A stretch of DNA of 63,552 nucleotides, the filler included, from Octopus bimaculoides (taxonomy: Eukaryota): NCBI RefSeq assembly GCF_001194135.2. It is 5 parts of 5 records of this genome, joined end to end, with 100 filler letters (N's around TTAATTAATTAA, not from the genome) between each part and the next. Parts side by side here need not be neighbours in the genome. Positions count along the whole stretch, not along the records: positions 25,994 to 43,060 come from NW_026409681.1; 4 more parts are not named here. One strand, given 5' to 3'. The notes under the pieces are model-generated. The model saw only the letters and a program-made list of their open reading frames with translations, searched no databases and had not been told where the DNA came from. Position 1 is the stretch's first letter. Each line of letters starts with the position of its first letter. Below, piece after piece: positions 26,265 to 38,139 of this stretch. The translations under genes and the position numbers were made by a program.

Positions 26265-26655
26265 CATCATCATTTTATATATGTTTTTTTCATGCTGGCA
26301 TGGGTTTGGACGGTTTGACAGCAGCTGGTCAACCAGGGGACTGTCCAGACTCCACTTGTCTGTTGTGGCATGGTTTCTCTACAGCTGGATTTACCAGACT
26401 ATTGGATGTTGTTATACATTGCTAGTCACGATGTGCTTTGCATCATTTTAGCTTCCGAATGACACTTGGCGAGCAGGCCAACGTTCACCCTGCCCAGGAG
26501 GTGGGTCTGTCACAGGGTTACCCACTTGCAGCTGAATGAACAGGAGCAACGGGAAATGGAATGTCTTGCTCAAGGTCACAATGTTGCCACTCAGTCTGGG
26601 AATTGAAAGCACAGTTTAGTGATTGTCGATCCAACACCCTAACTACCAGACCACA
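26265..26655 (-). mobile_element. Composite SINE: tRNA head plus central domain shared with family C, and an RTE/Ceph-type tail
   Basis: Minus strand ccttgagcaagacatt...tcagctgcaagtgggt. Tail ccgtccaaacccatgccagcatgaaa resembles the tails at 28043-28150 and 40853-40940. Confidence 0.65.
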
Positions 26656-26756
26656 TATGTGCGTGCGTGCGTGCATGTGTGTGTGTGTGTGTGGAGGTTA
26701 TTAAGATGTGCTAAACTCTTTCTTTGTCTTTTTATTTGGACCATATGTGTGTGTGA

Positions 26757-27092
26757 AGGTGCATAGCTGAGTCGTTGGAGCGTCGAGCTTACGATCGTGA
26801 GGTTGTGAGTTCAAATCCCGGACCGGGCTGTGTGTTGTGTTCTTGAGCAAGACACTTTATTTCACATTGCTCCAGTTCACTCAGCTGTAGAAATAAGTTG
26901 TGATGTCACAGGTGCCAAGCTGTATCGGCCCCTTTGCCTTTCCCTTGGATAACACTGGTGGCGTGGAGAGGGGGAGGCCGGTATGCATGAGTGACTGCTG
27001 GACTTCTATAAACAACCTTGCCTGGACTAGTGCCTGGGAGGGTAACTTTCTAGGTGCAATCCCATGGTCAGTCATGACCGAAGGGGCTCTCA
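26757..27092 (+). mobile_element. SINE family C (tRNA head plus CORE/Meta-like central domain), full length
   Basis: Degenerate A box, B box gagttcaaatcccgg, central gtgttcttgagcaagacactttatttcac, tail ctaggtgcaatcccatggtc...gaaggggctct. Confidence 0.85.
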
Positions 27093-27095
27093 CCA

Positions 27096-27161
<66 letters not shown>

Positions 27162-27185
27162 TATTTGTTTGTTTGTTTATTTCAG

Positions 27186-27269
27186 ACTTGACAAGTAAAT
27201 TGGATAAAAGCACAACTGCAAGTGAATCTATAAACTCTGAGATGAAGATTCTCCGTGGTTCTGTATCTG
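27186..27269 (+). CDS. Putative internal coding exon (84 nt, phase 1 to 1): (D)LTSKLDKSTTASESINSEMKILRGSVS
   Basis: Acceptor ttgtttgtttgtttatttcag, donor G|gtaaga and an open frame. Phase is compatible with exon 26145-26202; composition looks helical/heptad-like. Confidence 0.7.
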
Positions 27270-27363
27270 GTAAGAAGTCCTTCATTCCTTCGATAAGATT
27301 TTTTTTTTTTTCATTTATTCATACCATTATACCATTATTCAATATGTCCTGGTATAATTCTTA

Positions 27364-28042
27364 GGGTCATCGAGCCATGCGCTCCATCACATTGCAACAA
27401 GGGCTGGACCATTCCATTTTTAACTCTTGAGGGAGGTGGTCCATATTGGTCTGGCCCTTTTCTTTTGACCTGTCCAGAATTGAACACCCTACCAAAATCT
27501 TGTGCAGCAGTTGCATAGCTTACAAAGGGTCATCAAGACACACAAGCTACCCTTCTGCAACAGGGACTGACTTGACCAACCCATTTTTGTCCCTGGGGAG
27601 ACAAGGTCCATATGAGCCTGGCCTCTGTTCTTTGGCCTGTCCAGAATGGAATACCCTACCAAAAGCTTGTACACCAGTGTCATGGCTCTTAGGGGGTCAT
27701 TGAGGCACACAAAATACTGTTCTGCAACAGGGACTGGACCAACCCATTTTTGTCCCCGGGGAGACATGGTCCATATTAGCCTGACCTCTGTTCTTAGACC
27801 TGTCCAGAATGCAACACCCTACCAAAAGCTTGTACACCAGTGGCATAGCTCTTGGGTGGGGGTCATCGAGGCACACAAAATACTGTTCTGCAACAGGGAC
27901 TGGACCAACCCATTTTTGTCCCTGGGGAGACAAGGTCCTTATGAGCCTGGCCTCTTTTCTTTGGCCTGTCCAGAATGGAACACCCGACCAAAAGCTTGTA
28001 CACCAGTGGCATGGCTCTTAGGGGGGTCATTGAGGCACACAG
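27364..28042. repeat. Tandem repeat, four units of 163-167 bp plus a partial fifth
   Basis: Anchor gggtcat at 27364, 27527, 27694, 27860 and 28024. Confidence 0.92.
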
Positions 28043-28044
28043 AC

Positions 28045-28076
<32 letters not shown>

Positions 28077-28150
28077 GTTTAACGTCCGCCTTCCATGCTA
28101 GCATGGGTTGGACGATTTGACTGAGGACTGGTGAAACCGGATGGCAACCC
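28043..28150 (-). mobile_element. RTE/Ceph-type retroposon 3' tail with (GAT)n
   Basis: Reverse complement cagtcctcagtcaaatcgtccaacccatgctagcatggaaggcggacgttaaacgatgatg, nearly identical to 40853-40940. Confidence 0.8.
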
Positions 28151-29682
28151 TACCAAAACCCACAGCAAGGACTGAAGACCTTGTGATGGTCAAACGAGCG
28201 AGCAGTTACTGATTTGTGGGCGGGGGGTTCCAACGGTGTTGGAAGATAGAGTATCGAAGANNNNNNNNNNNNNNNNNNNNNNNNNNNNNNNNNNNNNNNN
28301 NNNNNNNNNNNNNNNNNNNNNNNNNNNNNNNNNNNNNNNNNNNNNNNNNNNNNNNNNNNNNNNNNNNNNNNNNNNNNNNNNNNNNNNNNNNNNNNNNNNN
28401 NNNNNNNNNNNNNNNNNNNNNNNNNNNNNNNNNNNNNNNNNNNNNNNNNNNNNNNNNNNNNNNNNNNNNNNNNNNNNNNNNNNNNNNNNNNNNNNNNNNN
28501 NNNNNNNNNNNNNNNNNNNNNNNNNNNNNNNNNNNNNNNNNNNNNNNNNNNNNNNNNNNNNNNNNNNNNNNNNNNNNNNNNNNNNNNNNNNNNNNNNNNN
28601 NNNNNNNNNNNNNNNNNNNNNNNNNNNNNNNNNNNNNNNNNNNNNNNNNNNNNNNNNNNNNNNNNNNNNNNNNNNNNNNNNNNNNNNNNNNNNNNNNNNN
28701 NNNNNNNNNNNNNNNNNNNNNNNNNNNNNNNNNNNNNNNNNNNNNNNNNNNNNNNNNNNNNNNNNNNNNNNNNNNNNNNNNNNNNNNNNNNNNNNNNNNN
28801 NNNNNNNNNNNNNNNNNNNNNNNNNNNNNNNNNNNNNNNNNNNNNNNNNNNNNNNNNNNNNNNNNNNNNNNNNNNNNNNNNNNNNNNNNNNNNNNNNNNN
28901 NNNNNNNNNNNNNNNNNNNNNCACCACCACAATCATCAGCACAAACATCACCATCACATCCACCAACACTACAACCACCACTACCACTACTGCAACCACC
29001 ACTACCGCAACCACCACTACAACTGCCACAACAACCCACTACCGCAACAACCCACTACAACTACCACCATCACTACAACCACCACAACCACTGCAACAAC
29101 CACCCACTACTATTTTCACCACCATCATCACAGCACTACCACCACTACCATCATCACCACTACCACCACCAGCATCATCACCACTACCACCACCATCATC
29201 ATCACCACTACCACCACCAGCATCATCCTGGCCATCATTATCATTACCACCACCACCACCATCACCACCACTGAATTCCTCACTCCCTCCCACACACACC
29301 ACCACTGCCATTTTTGCACACGTCTGTCTCCCGCCTGGTCACCATTTTCGGATGTCTGTGTGTGATACGCGCGTGTCTGCTGTCCATCTTTTTCTCCTTC
29401 CGTGACCACCACCTCTGAATAACAATATATACAAACACAAACGAGAAACGTTTTGCGCTCGATCATGCATTTCGTTGTGCAATCTCTGTGGTGCATTGTA
29501 TGTGGCTTTTGATGTTGACTGTTTTCTTTCATTGCGCACGTTCTTGCACATGTATATACATACACCCTTACACATACATCACACATGCATAAATATACAT
29601 ACACATGCACACAGATATACATCCTCATTCAAAGACTTACACACACATAAGTACGTTTATATTTGTACATACATTTTTACCC

Positions 29683-29728
<46 letters not shown>

Positions 29729-30011
29729 GAGGTTGTAAACCTATGTAATTTATTCATAAACACACACATGCTGTTCATATATATGTATATATATAAACAT
29801 ACACTCATAAACATGCATGTATGTATATGTAGTTTATATATATATGTACCTACATATATNNNNNNNNNNNNNNNNNNNNNNNNNNNNNNNNNNNNNNNNN
29901 NNNNNNNNNNNNNNNNNNNNNNNNNNNNNNNNNNNNNNNNNNNNNNNNNNNNNNNNNNNNNNNNNNNNNNNNNNNNNNNNNNNNNNNNNNNNNNNNNTAT
30001 ATATATAATTA

Positions 30012-30200
30012 TGATAATAATATTAGGGATAAAAATCCAAATTTACAGGTAAAAATTCAATTTAATTTAATTTATCAAAATTAAAATTAAATTAAGTTTT
30101 ACAATATATAATATATAAATATATAATTTAGGGGAAAAAAACCATAATCCAGTCACATATAGAAAAATTTAATAAGTAAATACACTAAAAAGATCTATGA
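30012..30200 (+). repeat. AT-rich interspersed repeat, inverted homolog at 41370-41458; possibly a Penelope-type terminus
   Basis: atattagggataaaa.tccaaa.ttacaggtaaaaa.tcaatt aligns over about 80 bp. Family assignment is a guess. Confidence 0.55.
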
Positions 30201-30400
30201 TAAAAATACAAAGGAATAAATATTAAAATAATAAATATTAAAATAATAAATATTAAAATAAAATAATATTATAGATATATATATATATATATATACATAT
30301 ATATACACATGCAAGCACAAACCTATGTATATATGTATAAACTATATATATCTATATAATACATAGATTATATATATGTACATAATCTATGTATTATATA

Positions 30401-30620
30401 TACAAGGTGGTGTTGAAAAGTTCCTGGCTTTAAGGGTATCACGAAAGGCTTGGTTGGAGGGCCCAACCTTCCAAGTTCTTTTAGAGGGCTTAGAAAAACT
30501 GAAGGACTGCTACAATAAGTGAGTCTGAGAGGGGAATATGTTGAATAAAATCATAATTAACTGATCCTCCTCTATTTTCTTTTATCCAAAGCCAGGAACT
30601 TTGCTGCACCCCCTCGCATA
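30401..30620 (+). mobile_element. Mariner-derived MITE (internal deletion derivative)
   Basis: Imperfect TIRs (..gtggtgttgaaaagttcctggcttt / aaagccaggaactttgctgcaccccctcg) within TA context. The interior retains the transposase C-terminus LEGLEKLKDCYNK..LRGEYVE*. Confidence 0.8.
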
Positions 30621-31187
30621 TATAATAATATATTATGTATTATTATATACAAGTGAGTGTATAATATATATATTATATATGTGGTTATGTAGAAAATGTT
30701 TTTGGGTTTGATAAGCAACAACAGAGTGCTCAATATCTATTGTAGAGTGTATTTGTCTCTACTCGGAGTAATTTGCGTGACACAATGCTTCAGGCAACAT
30801 TTTTTGTTGTTGTTTCCAGGAGTATCATATTCATGGAAAAACTCTGAGTCACAATTCACACATACACACACACACACTCAAACACACACTCTCTCTCTCA
30901 AACACAATAAGAATGAAGATGTTTTTCTCATCTCTAGCTCTTCCCCCCCCTCCATCATCTTCCTTCCATCCTTAACCCTTCTCTGAGCCTTTTTGCATTT
31001 CTTGTAGCCCCGTCAGTAGTTAGAAGTGTGCGTATGTATGTGCGTGCATGGTGAGACTTGATTTACACTTAGCTCTAGATCTACATATGTGTGTGTGTGT
31101 ATGTGAGAAGGAGGGTTTGTGTATGTGTATAGGCTCTCGTATCTGTTTAGTGTATGTGCATGCATGCACGTGTGAGAGAGTGCTTGT

Positions 31188-31218
<31 letters not shown>

Positions 31219-31619
31219 CATTTGTGAGCTTGTGTGTGAGAGAGATCGTGTGATTGCTTGTGTATCTGTGCATGTGTGAGGTTGTATGTGTGTGAGAGAG
31301 AGAGAGCTTGTGTGCATGTATTTGTGAGCTTGTGTGTGAGAGAGCATGCGTATCTGTGTAAGAGAGTGCATGTGTGTGTATGAGAGAGAGAGAGAGAGCA
31401 TGTGAGTGTGTGTGTGTAAGCTCTGCTCTGTAGTGTGTGCATGTGTTTGTATGAGAGTTTATTGGAATGTATGTATGTGAGCTATTGCCTACGGGGTGTG
31501 CGCATGAGCGTGTGTGTGTGTGCATGGACATGTGTGTGAGAGAGTTAGGTTTCTATGAGGTTTGTGTATGTATGTGTGCACTCTGGTCTCTGTTTTGCGT
31601 GTGCATGTGTGTGTATAGT

Positions 31620-31990
31620 AGGGTTTAATGTATGTTAATGTGTGCAAGGTTTAATTTATGTTAATGTATAGCAGGCTTAATGAATGTTAATGTATGGCAG
31701 ATTTAACATATGTTAAAGTAGATTTATAATGTTAATGTGTGTGATTTAATGTATGCTAAATGTATTCCTGGTTTAATGTATGGTAGACCTAACATATACT
31801 CTTGTACGACACATTTAACATATGCTGATGTGACAGAGTGGTTAATGTATGACAGGTTTAACACGTTACTTTATGTATGACCAACTTAACATGTTAATTG
31901 TATGGCAAGTTTAACATGTTAATGTATGAAAAAGTTTAATGTATGTTAATTCATGACAGTTTTAATGCATGTTAATGTATGGCAGATGTA
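31620..31990. repeat. Degenerate ~26-bp minisatellite (tttaatgtatgttaatgtatggcagg)
   Basis: Unit starts near 31623, 31649, 31675 and 31701, decaying thereafter. Confidence 0.8.
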
Positions 31991-32569
31991 ACTGGAATGA
32001 AAAAAAACAACAAAAAAACTTTCTACCCCGTCCCAAATGAAGATTAAAGTCCCCTACTAGGGTATGTTCGTTATCTTATATCCCTCAACCCTTTCGCATC
32101 TCGCATCTTTGCCTGCCCCGCCATCACCTGATGTGTAAGGTTTACTGTGGTCTTGAAACTTAACCCTCTCATCTCACGTGTTCCAACGTTGTCATTCACT
32201 GCATCCAAAACTAACCAACAACCCTCTCTTTCTGTGGCCATCTCATCTGCTGTTGGAGCGGCTGGTTGAAACCGGATTGAATGTTGAGCGAATATAACCC
32301 AATTGCATCTCTCTGCTCTGTCTCCCTCCCTCCCTCATTCTATCTTTCTCTCTGTCTCTTCCCCGTCATCTTTCCAGACCCCTGCCCCTACATACACATA
32401 CATGTGTGCATTGACCTCTTGACCCTGTTAGATCACACCTCAAATAATTGTCACACCCACCTGCATGCCCCTACCCCACCATATCTGAGAGGAACACAAA
32501 CAACTTATGGATTCAACTAATCCAGTAGTACTTATAAAATAGGGTGGCTAGATACAATTATATATACCA

Positions 32570-32687
32570 CGTGGTTCTGGGTTCAGTCCCACTGCATAGC
32601 ACCTGGGGCAAGTGTCTTCTCCTATAGCCTCAGGCCGACTAAATCCTTGTGAGTGGATTTGTTAGATGGAAACTGAAAGAAGCCTGT

Positions 32688-32748
<61 letters not shown>

Positions 32749-32814
32749 GTCTGTTTGTACCCCCACCACCACCATTGCTTGACAACTGATGCTGGTGTGT
32801 TTACGTCCACGTAA
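32570..32814 (+). mobile_element. SINE family B, runs into a gap
   Basis: ggttctgggttcagtcccactgc...ggaaactgaaagaagcc...gcttgacaactgatgctggtgtgtttacgtc. Confidence 0.85.
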
Positions 32815-33794
32815 NNNNNNNNNNNNNNNNNNNNNNNNNNNNNNNNNNNNNNNNNNNNNNNNNNNNNNNNNNNNNNNNNNNNNNNNNNNNNNNNNNNNNN
32901 NNNNNNNNNNNNNNNNNNNNNNNNNNNNNNNNNNNNNNNNNNNNNNNNNNNNNNNNNNNNNNNNNNNNNNNNNNNNNNNNNNNNNNNNNNNNNNNNNNNN
33001 NNNNNNNNNNNNNNNNNNNNNNNNNNNNNNNNNNNNNNNNNNNNNNNNNNNNNNNNNNNNNNNNNNNNNNNNNNNNNNNNNNNNNNNNNNNNNNNNNNNN
33101 NNNNNNNNNNNNNNNNNNNNNNNNNNNNNNNNNNNNNNNNNNNNNNNNNNNNNNNNNNNNNNNNNNNNNNNNNNNNNNNNNNNNNNNNNNNNNNNNNNNN
33201 NNNNNNNNNNNNNNNNNNNNNNNNNNNNNNNNNNNNNNNNNNNNNNNNNNNNNNNNNNNNNNNNNNNNNNNNNNNNNNNNNNNNNNNNNNNNNNNNNNNN
33301 NNNNNNNNNNNNNNNNNNNNNNNNNNNNNNNNNNNNNNNNNNNNNNNNNNNNNNNNNNNNNNNNNNNNNNNNNNNNNNNNNNNNNNNNNNNNNNNNNNNN
33401 NNNNNNNNNNNNNNNNNNNNNNNNNNNNNNNNNNNNNNNNNNNNNNNNNNNNNNNNNNNNNNNNNNNNNTTTCTTTTTTTGTTTATTTCTCCAGGAGGGT
33501 GGAGAACACCCAAGGGGGCAGGGAGACGATTTATTCTATTTTATTTATTCATTTATTTATTATTTTTCTTTTGTTTGAATCGGGCAAAAAGTCTGCCCCC
33601 CACCCACCCTATCATCCAATCCTGTTTTATATTTATTCTGATTTTCAGTTCCATATCTTTTTTCATTTTCTGCTCTTTTTATCTTTCACCTCTCTTTCTA
33701 CCTTCTCTTCTTCGACTCCCTCTGCCCTTTACTTTGGCCGCAGATTGCCTGGAATTTATTCTGGTATTAAATTGCTGCTGTCCCCAATAATGAA

Positions 33795-34225
33795 GGCACT
33801 TGGCCTTGTGGTCAGGGTGTTACACTAAGGAGCACCAGATTGTGGGTTCGATTACTGGACCAGGCAGTGTGTTGTTTTCTTGAGCAAAGCTCTTCATTTT
33901 GCATTGCTCTAGTGCTGTGAAGGCGCATGGCTCAGTGGTTAGAACATCGAGCTTACGATCGTGAGGTTATGAGTTCAAATCCCATACCAGGCTGCGTGTT
34001 GTGTTCTTGAGCAAGACACTTTATTTCACTCAGCTGTAGAAATGAGTTGCAACATCACTGGTGCCAAATTGTATCGGCCCCTTTGCCCATTCTTTGGATA
34101 ATATCAGTGGCATGGATAGGGGAGAGTATTCCATAAACAACCTTGACCAGGCTTGTACCTTGAAGGGTCACCTTCTAGTTGCAATCCCCTGGTCACTCAT
34201 GACTGAAGGGGGTCTTTACCTTTTT
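33795..34225 (+). mobile_element. SINE family C (33921-34225) preceded by a degraded head of the same type
   Basis: A box tggctcagtgg, B box gttcaaatcc, gtgttcttgagcaagacacttt. Confidence 0.85.
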
Positions 34226-34794
34226 ATCCTACTGGAGTCAGTGTGATTGATTAAACCCCCTTTTTCTAAAATTTACTGGCCTTGTGTCGTAAATTGAAAC
34301 AACTCATTGTTCTGGTTACTTCTGGCATGTGTGTATATACGTTAAATGTATGATGTGTTTGTGTATAATGCATCTGTGTTTTGAGTTTGAGTGCAGTTGT
34401 GAGTGAGTGACCCTTAATTCCTCATCACAGATAGCATTGGTGCTATCTTTACTTTTGTATGAAGTGTGACAAGTGGGCCCCCTTTCATTCCTCTCTCCCG
34501 TACCCGGCTTTTATTTATCCAGTCAACCCAGGTTAAATCTTGGGAGGCTATCTCAAGTTTAACACAGGTTAGTCAAGAGTTGGTCTGTTTTGGGAGACAA
34601 TATAATAGCACCCACCATTTCTCATCCAGCTGCCCAACAGTGTTTTGGTGGGCCATGCAAAACTACAATTCTTTCCTCTCACCCAGACAGGACAGCCAAA
34701 GGGATTTTACCTGAAGCTCCCCGCAAAATTATGTCCCCTTCACCCGACACCTTCCCCCCCCCCTCTTTACTGAATTTATTATTTGCTTTCCTGT

Positions 34795-34932
34795 AAAGTG
34801 GTCGGCATTTGGAAGGGCATCCAACTGTAAAAAATTATGCCAACACTAACCTTGCTTTATACTAGTGCCACATAAAAAGCACTGAGTCCACTCTGCAGAG
34901 TGGTTGGTGTTAGGAAGAGGATCCAGCCGTAA
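34795..34932 (+). mobile_element. RTE/Ceph-domain-like fragment (two tandem gtggt.ggc.tt.ggaagggcatcca units)
   Basis: Motif recalled from cephalopod SINE/RTE bodies. Runs into a gap. Confidence 0.55.
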
Positions 34933-35845
34933 NNNNNNNNNNNNNNNNNNNNNNNNNNNNNNNNNNNNNNNNNNNNNNNNNNNNNNNNNNNNNNNNNNNN
35001 NNNNNNNNNNNNNNNNNNNNNNNNNNNNNNNNNNNNNNNNNNNNNNNNNNNNNNNNNNNNNNNNNNNNNNNNNNNNNNNNNNNNNNNNNNNNNNNNNNNN
35101 NNNNNNNNNNNNNNNNNNNNNNNNNNNNNNNNNNNNNNNNNNNNNNNNNNNNNNNNNNNNNNNNNNNNNNNNNNNNNNNNNNNNNNNNNNNNNNNNNNNN
35201 NNNNNNNNNNNNNNNNNNNNNNNNNNNNNNNNNNNNNNNNNNNNNNNNNNNNNNNNNNNNNNNNNNNNNNNNNNNNNNNNNNNNNNNNNNNNNNNNNNNN
35301 NNNNNNNNNNNNNNNNNNNNNNNNNNNNNNNNNNNNNNNNNNNNNNNNNNNNNNNNNNNNNNNNNNNNNNNNNNNNNNNNNNNNNNNNNNNNNNNNNNNN
35401 NNNNNNNNNNNNNNNNNNNNNNNNNNNNNNNNNNNNNNNNNNNNNNNNNNNNNNNNNNNNNNNNNNNNNNNNNNNNNNNNNNNNNNNNNNNNNNNNNNNN
35501 NNNNNNNNNNNNNNNNNNNNNNNNNNNNNNNNNNNNNNNNNNNNNNNNNNNNNNNNNNNNNNNNNNNNNNNNNNNNNNNNNNNNNNNNNNNNNNNNNNNN
35601 NNNNNNNNNNNNNNNNNNNNNNNNNNNNNNNNNNNNNNNNNNNNNNNNNNNNNNNNNNNNNNNNNNNNNNNNNNNNNNNNNNNNNNNNNNNNNNNNNNNN
35701 NNNNNNNNNNNNNNNNNNNNNNNNNNNNNNNNNNNNNNNNNNNNNNNNNNNNNNNNNNNNNNNNNNNNNNNNNNNNNNNNNNNNNNNNNNNNNNNNNNNN
35801 NNNNNNNNNNNNNNNNNNNNNNNNNNNNNNNNNNNNNNNNNNNNN

Positions 35846-36590
35846 AACTTAAGAAGAAGTGACCCAGCATCCTGTAGCTCAATTCTTTCTTCTCCTACTT
35901 CCTCTTCTCTGCTAAATTCCTTGTCATTTGTTTTCCTTGAAGGAACAACAAAAGACTCATAGTACTCCCATGTCTGTAGATTTTTACCCCTTCTGACAAG
36001 GCAACCAAAGGGGGTTTCGTTTCACTCTGTCTATACCCACGTTTTAGACTTCTGCCATTAAGAAAACACACGCAAAAACACCAAAGCTTAACAAAAACTG
36101 ACCCAGTGTCCTGTATCTCAGCATTTTCTTCTCTTACTTCTCCTACTTCTTTCTCTTCTCTGCTAAATCCCATGTCATTCATTTTCCTTGAAGGAGTAAC
36201 AAAATACTCATAGTGCTCCTGTATTTGTTGCTTTCACCCTTTCAGACAAAGCAACCAAGGGGTTTTGTTATATTTTTTTCACACCGAAATTTTAGACTTC
36301 TACTCCCAAGAAGATGCAAAGACCAAAAACTGACCTAGTGTCCTGTAGCTCACCACTTTCTTCTCTTACTTCTCCTACTTCTTTCTCTTCTCTGCTAAAT
36401 CCCATGTCATTCGTTTTCCTTGAAGGAGCAACAAAATACTCGTAGTGCTCCTGTATCTGTTGCTTTCACCCCTTCAAACAAAACTACCAAGGGGTTTTGT
36501 TATATATATATTTTTTTTTTTTAAGCCCACATTTTAGACTTCTACCCCACCAAGAAAATGCAAAAACCCAAAACACCAAAGCTTAACAAA
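35846..36590. repeat. Tandem repeat of about 230-250 bp, three or more units, flanked by gaps
   Basis: Anchor gacc(c/t)ag..tcctgta at 35861, 36100 and 36332. Confidence 0.9.
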
Positions 36591-37460
36591 NNNNNNNNNN
36601 NNNNNNNNNNNNNNNNNNNNNNNNNNNNNNNNNNNNNNNNNNNNNNNNNNNNNNNNNNNNNNNNNNNNNNNNNNNNNNNNNNNNNNNNNNNNNNNNNNNN
36701 NNNNNNNNNNNNNNNNNNNNNNNNNNNNNNNNNNNNNNNNNNNNNNNNNNNNNNNNNNNNNNNNNNNNNNNNNNNNNNNNNNNNNNNNNNNNNNNNNNNN
36801 NNNNNNNNNNNNNNNNNNNNNNNNNNNNNNNNNNNNNNNNNNNNNNNNNNNNNNNNNNNNNNNNNNNNNNNNNNNNNNNNNNNNNNNNNNNNNNNNNNNN
36901 NNNNNNNNNNNNNNNNNNNNNNNNNNNNNNNNNNNNNNNNNNNNNNNNNNNNNNNNNNNNNNNNNNNNNNNNNNNNNNNNNNNNNNNNNNNNNNNNNNNN
37001 NNNNNNNNNNNNNNNNNNNNNNNNNNNNNNNNNNNNNNNNNNNNNNNNNNNNNNNNNNNNNNNNNNNNNNNNNNNNNNNNNNNNNNNNNNNNNNNNNNNN
37101 NNNNNNNNNNNNNNNNNNNNNNNNNNNNNNNNNNNNNNNNNNNNNNNNNNNNNNNNNNNNNNNNNNNNNNNNNNNNNNNNNNNNNNNNNNNNNNNNNNNN
37201 NNNNNNNNNNNNNNNNNNNNNNNNNNNNNNNNNNNNNNNNNNNNNNNNNNNNNNNNNNNNNNNNNNNNNNNNNNNNNNNNNNNNNNNNNNNNNNNNNNNN
37301 NNNNNNNNNNNNNNNNNNNNNNNNNNNNNNNNNNNNNNNNNNNNNNNNNNNNNNNNNNNNNNNNNNNNNNNNNNNNNNNNNNNNNNNNNNNNNNNNNNNN
37401 NNNNNNNNNNNNNNNNNNNNNNNNNNNNNNNNNNNNNNNNNNNNNNNNNNNNNNNNNNNN

Positions 37461-37822
37461 CTGATAAGGGTACACCAAGCACATGTATCACAACTGTATA
37501 TGCAAGACATGGTGATCTCATATCAAGATAAACAGCGCATGACCTCGCAGGTGGGGCCCAGTTAGAATTTTCTTCAGGTTGAGTAGCCCATCCCGCTCAA
37601 AAAGTCCCAGGATAAGGGTTGTTTGAGGATGTTGAACAAAACACCCATGTTTCCGAAGGTGAATTATCCGAACCCCAAAGAATTCCTCTCAACACATGGC
37701 TAGGATGCTCCCCCACGACTTCTGCTTGTAATCAGAGATGCACATATCGTCAGCCACTAAGGGACATGCTCAACTGGTTATGGTCAAACAACTGACAAGC
37801 AAATCTGTGGTATTGAGCAGAA

Positions 37823-37823
<1 letters not shown>
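37461..37823. mobile_element. Unclassified interspersed repeat abutting a (TTA)n tract; second copy at 62680-62846
   Basis: About 140 bp are clearly alignable between the two loci (gataagggtac.cc...aaacagcgcatgacctcgcaggtg.ggcccag). Confidence 0.7.
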
Positions 37824-37856
<33 letters not shown>

Positions 37857-37899
37857 TTTAAGCCTTGTTCCTATAGTAATAAAAATTATTATTATTAAA

Positions 37900-38120
37900 T
37901 ATGGTGAGCTGGCAGAATCGTTAGCATGCCAGGTGAAACGCTTAGTGGTATTTCATCTGCCACTACGTTCTGAGTTCAAATTCCACCATGGTTGACTTTA
38001 CCTTTCATCCTTTCAGGGTCGATTAAATAAATACCAGTTACACACTGGGGTTGATGTAATCAACTTAATCCTTCCCCCGCAAATTTGAGGCCTTGTGCCT
38101 TTCGTAGAAGGGATTATTAT
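37900..38120 (+). mobile_element. SINE family A, full length, between (ATT)n tracts
   Basis: tggtgagctggcagaatcgttagc...gagttcaaattcc...gtagaagggattattat. Confidence 0.85.
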
Positions 38121-38139
38121 CATTATTATTATTATTATG

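Noticed and set aside
33744-33790. Strong-looking acceptor (...ggccgcag) giving DCLEFILVLNCCCPQ* in phase with the second exon
   Set aside because: The pyrimidine tract is generic low complexity, the donor is weak and the peptide is unconvincing. Unresolved without RNA-seq.
33921-33990. tRNA-like A and B boxes (and in other SINE heads)
   Set aside because: No complete cloverleaf, and each continues into a SINE body, so these are not tRNA genes.
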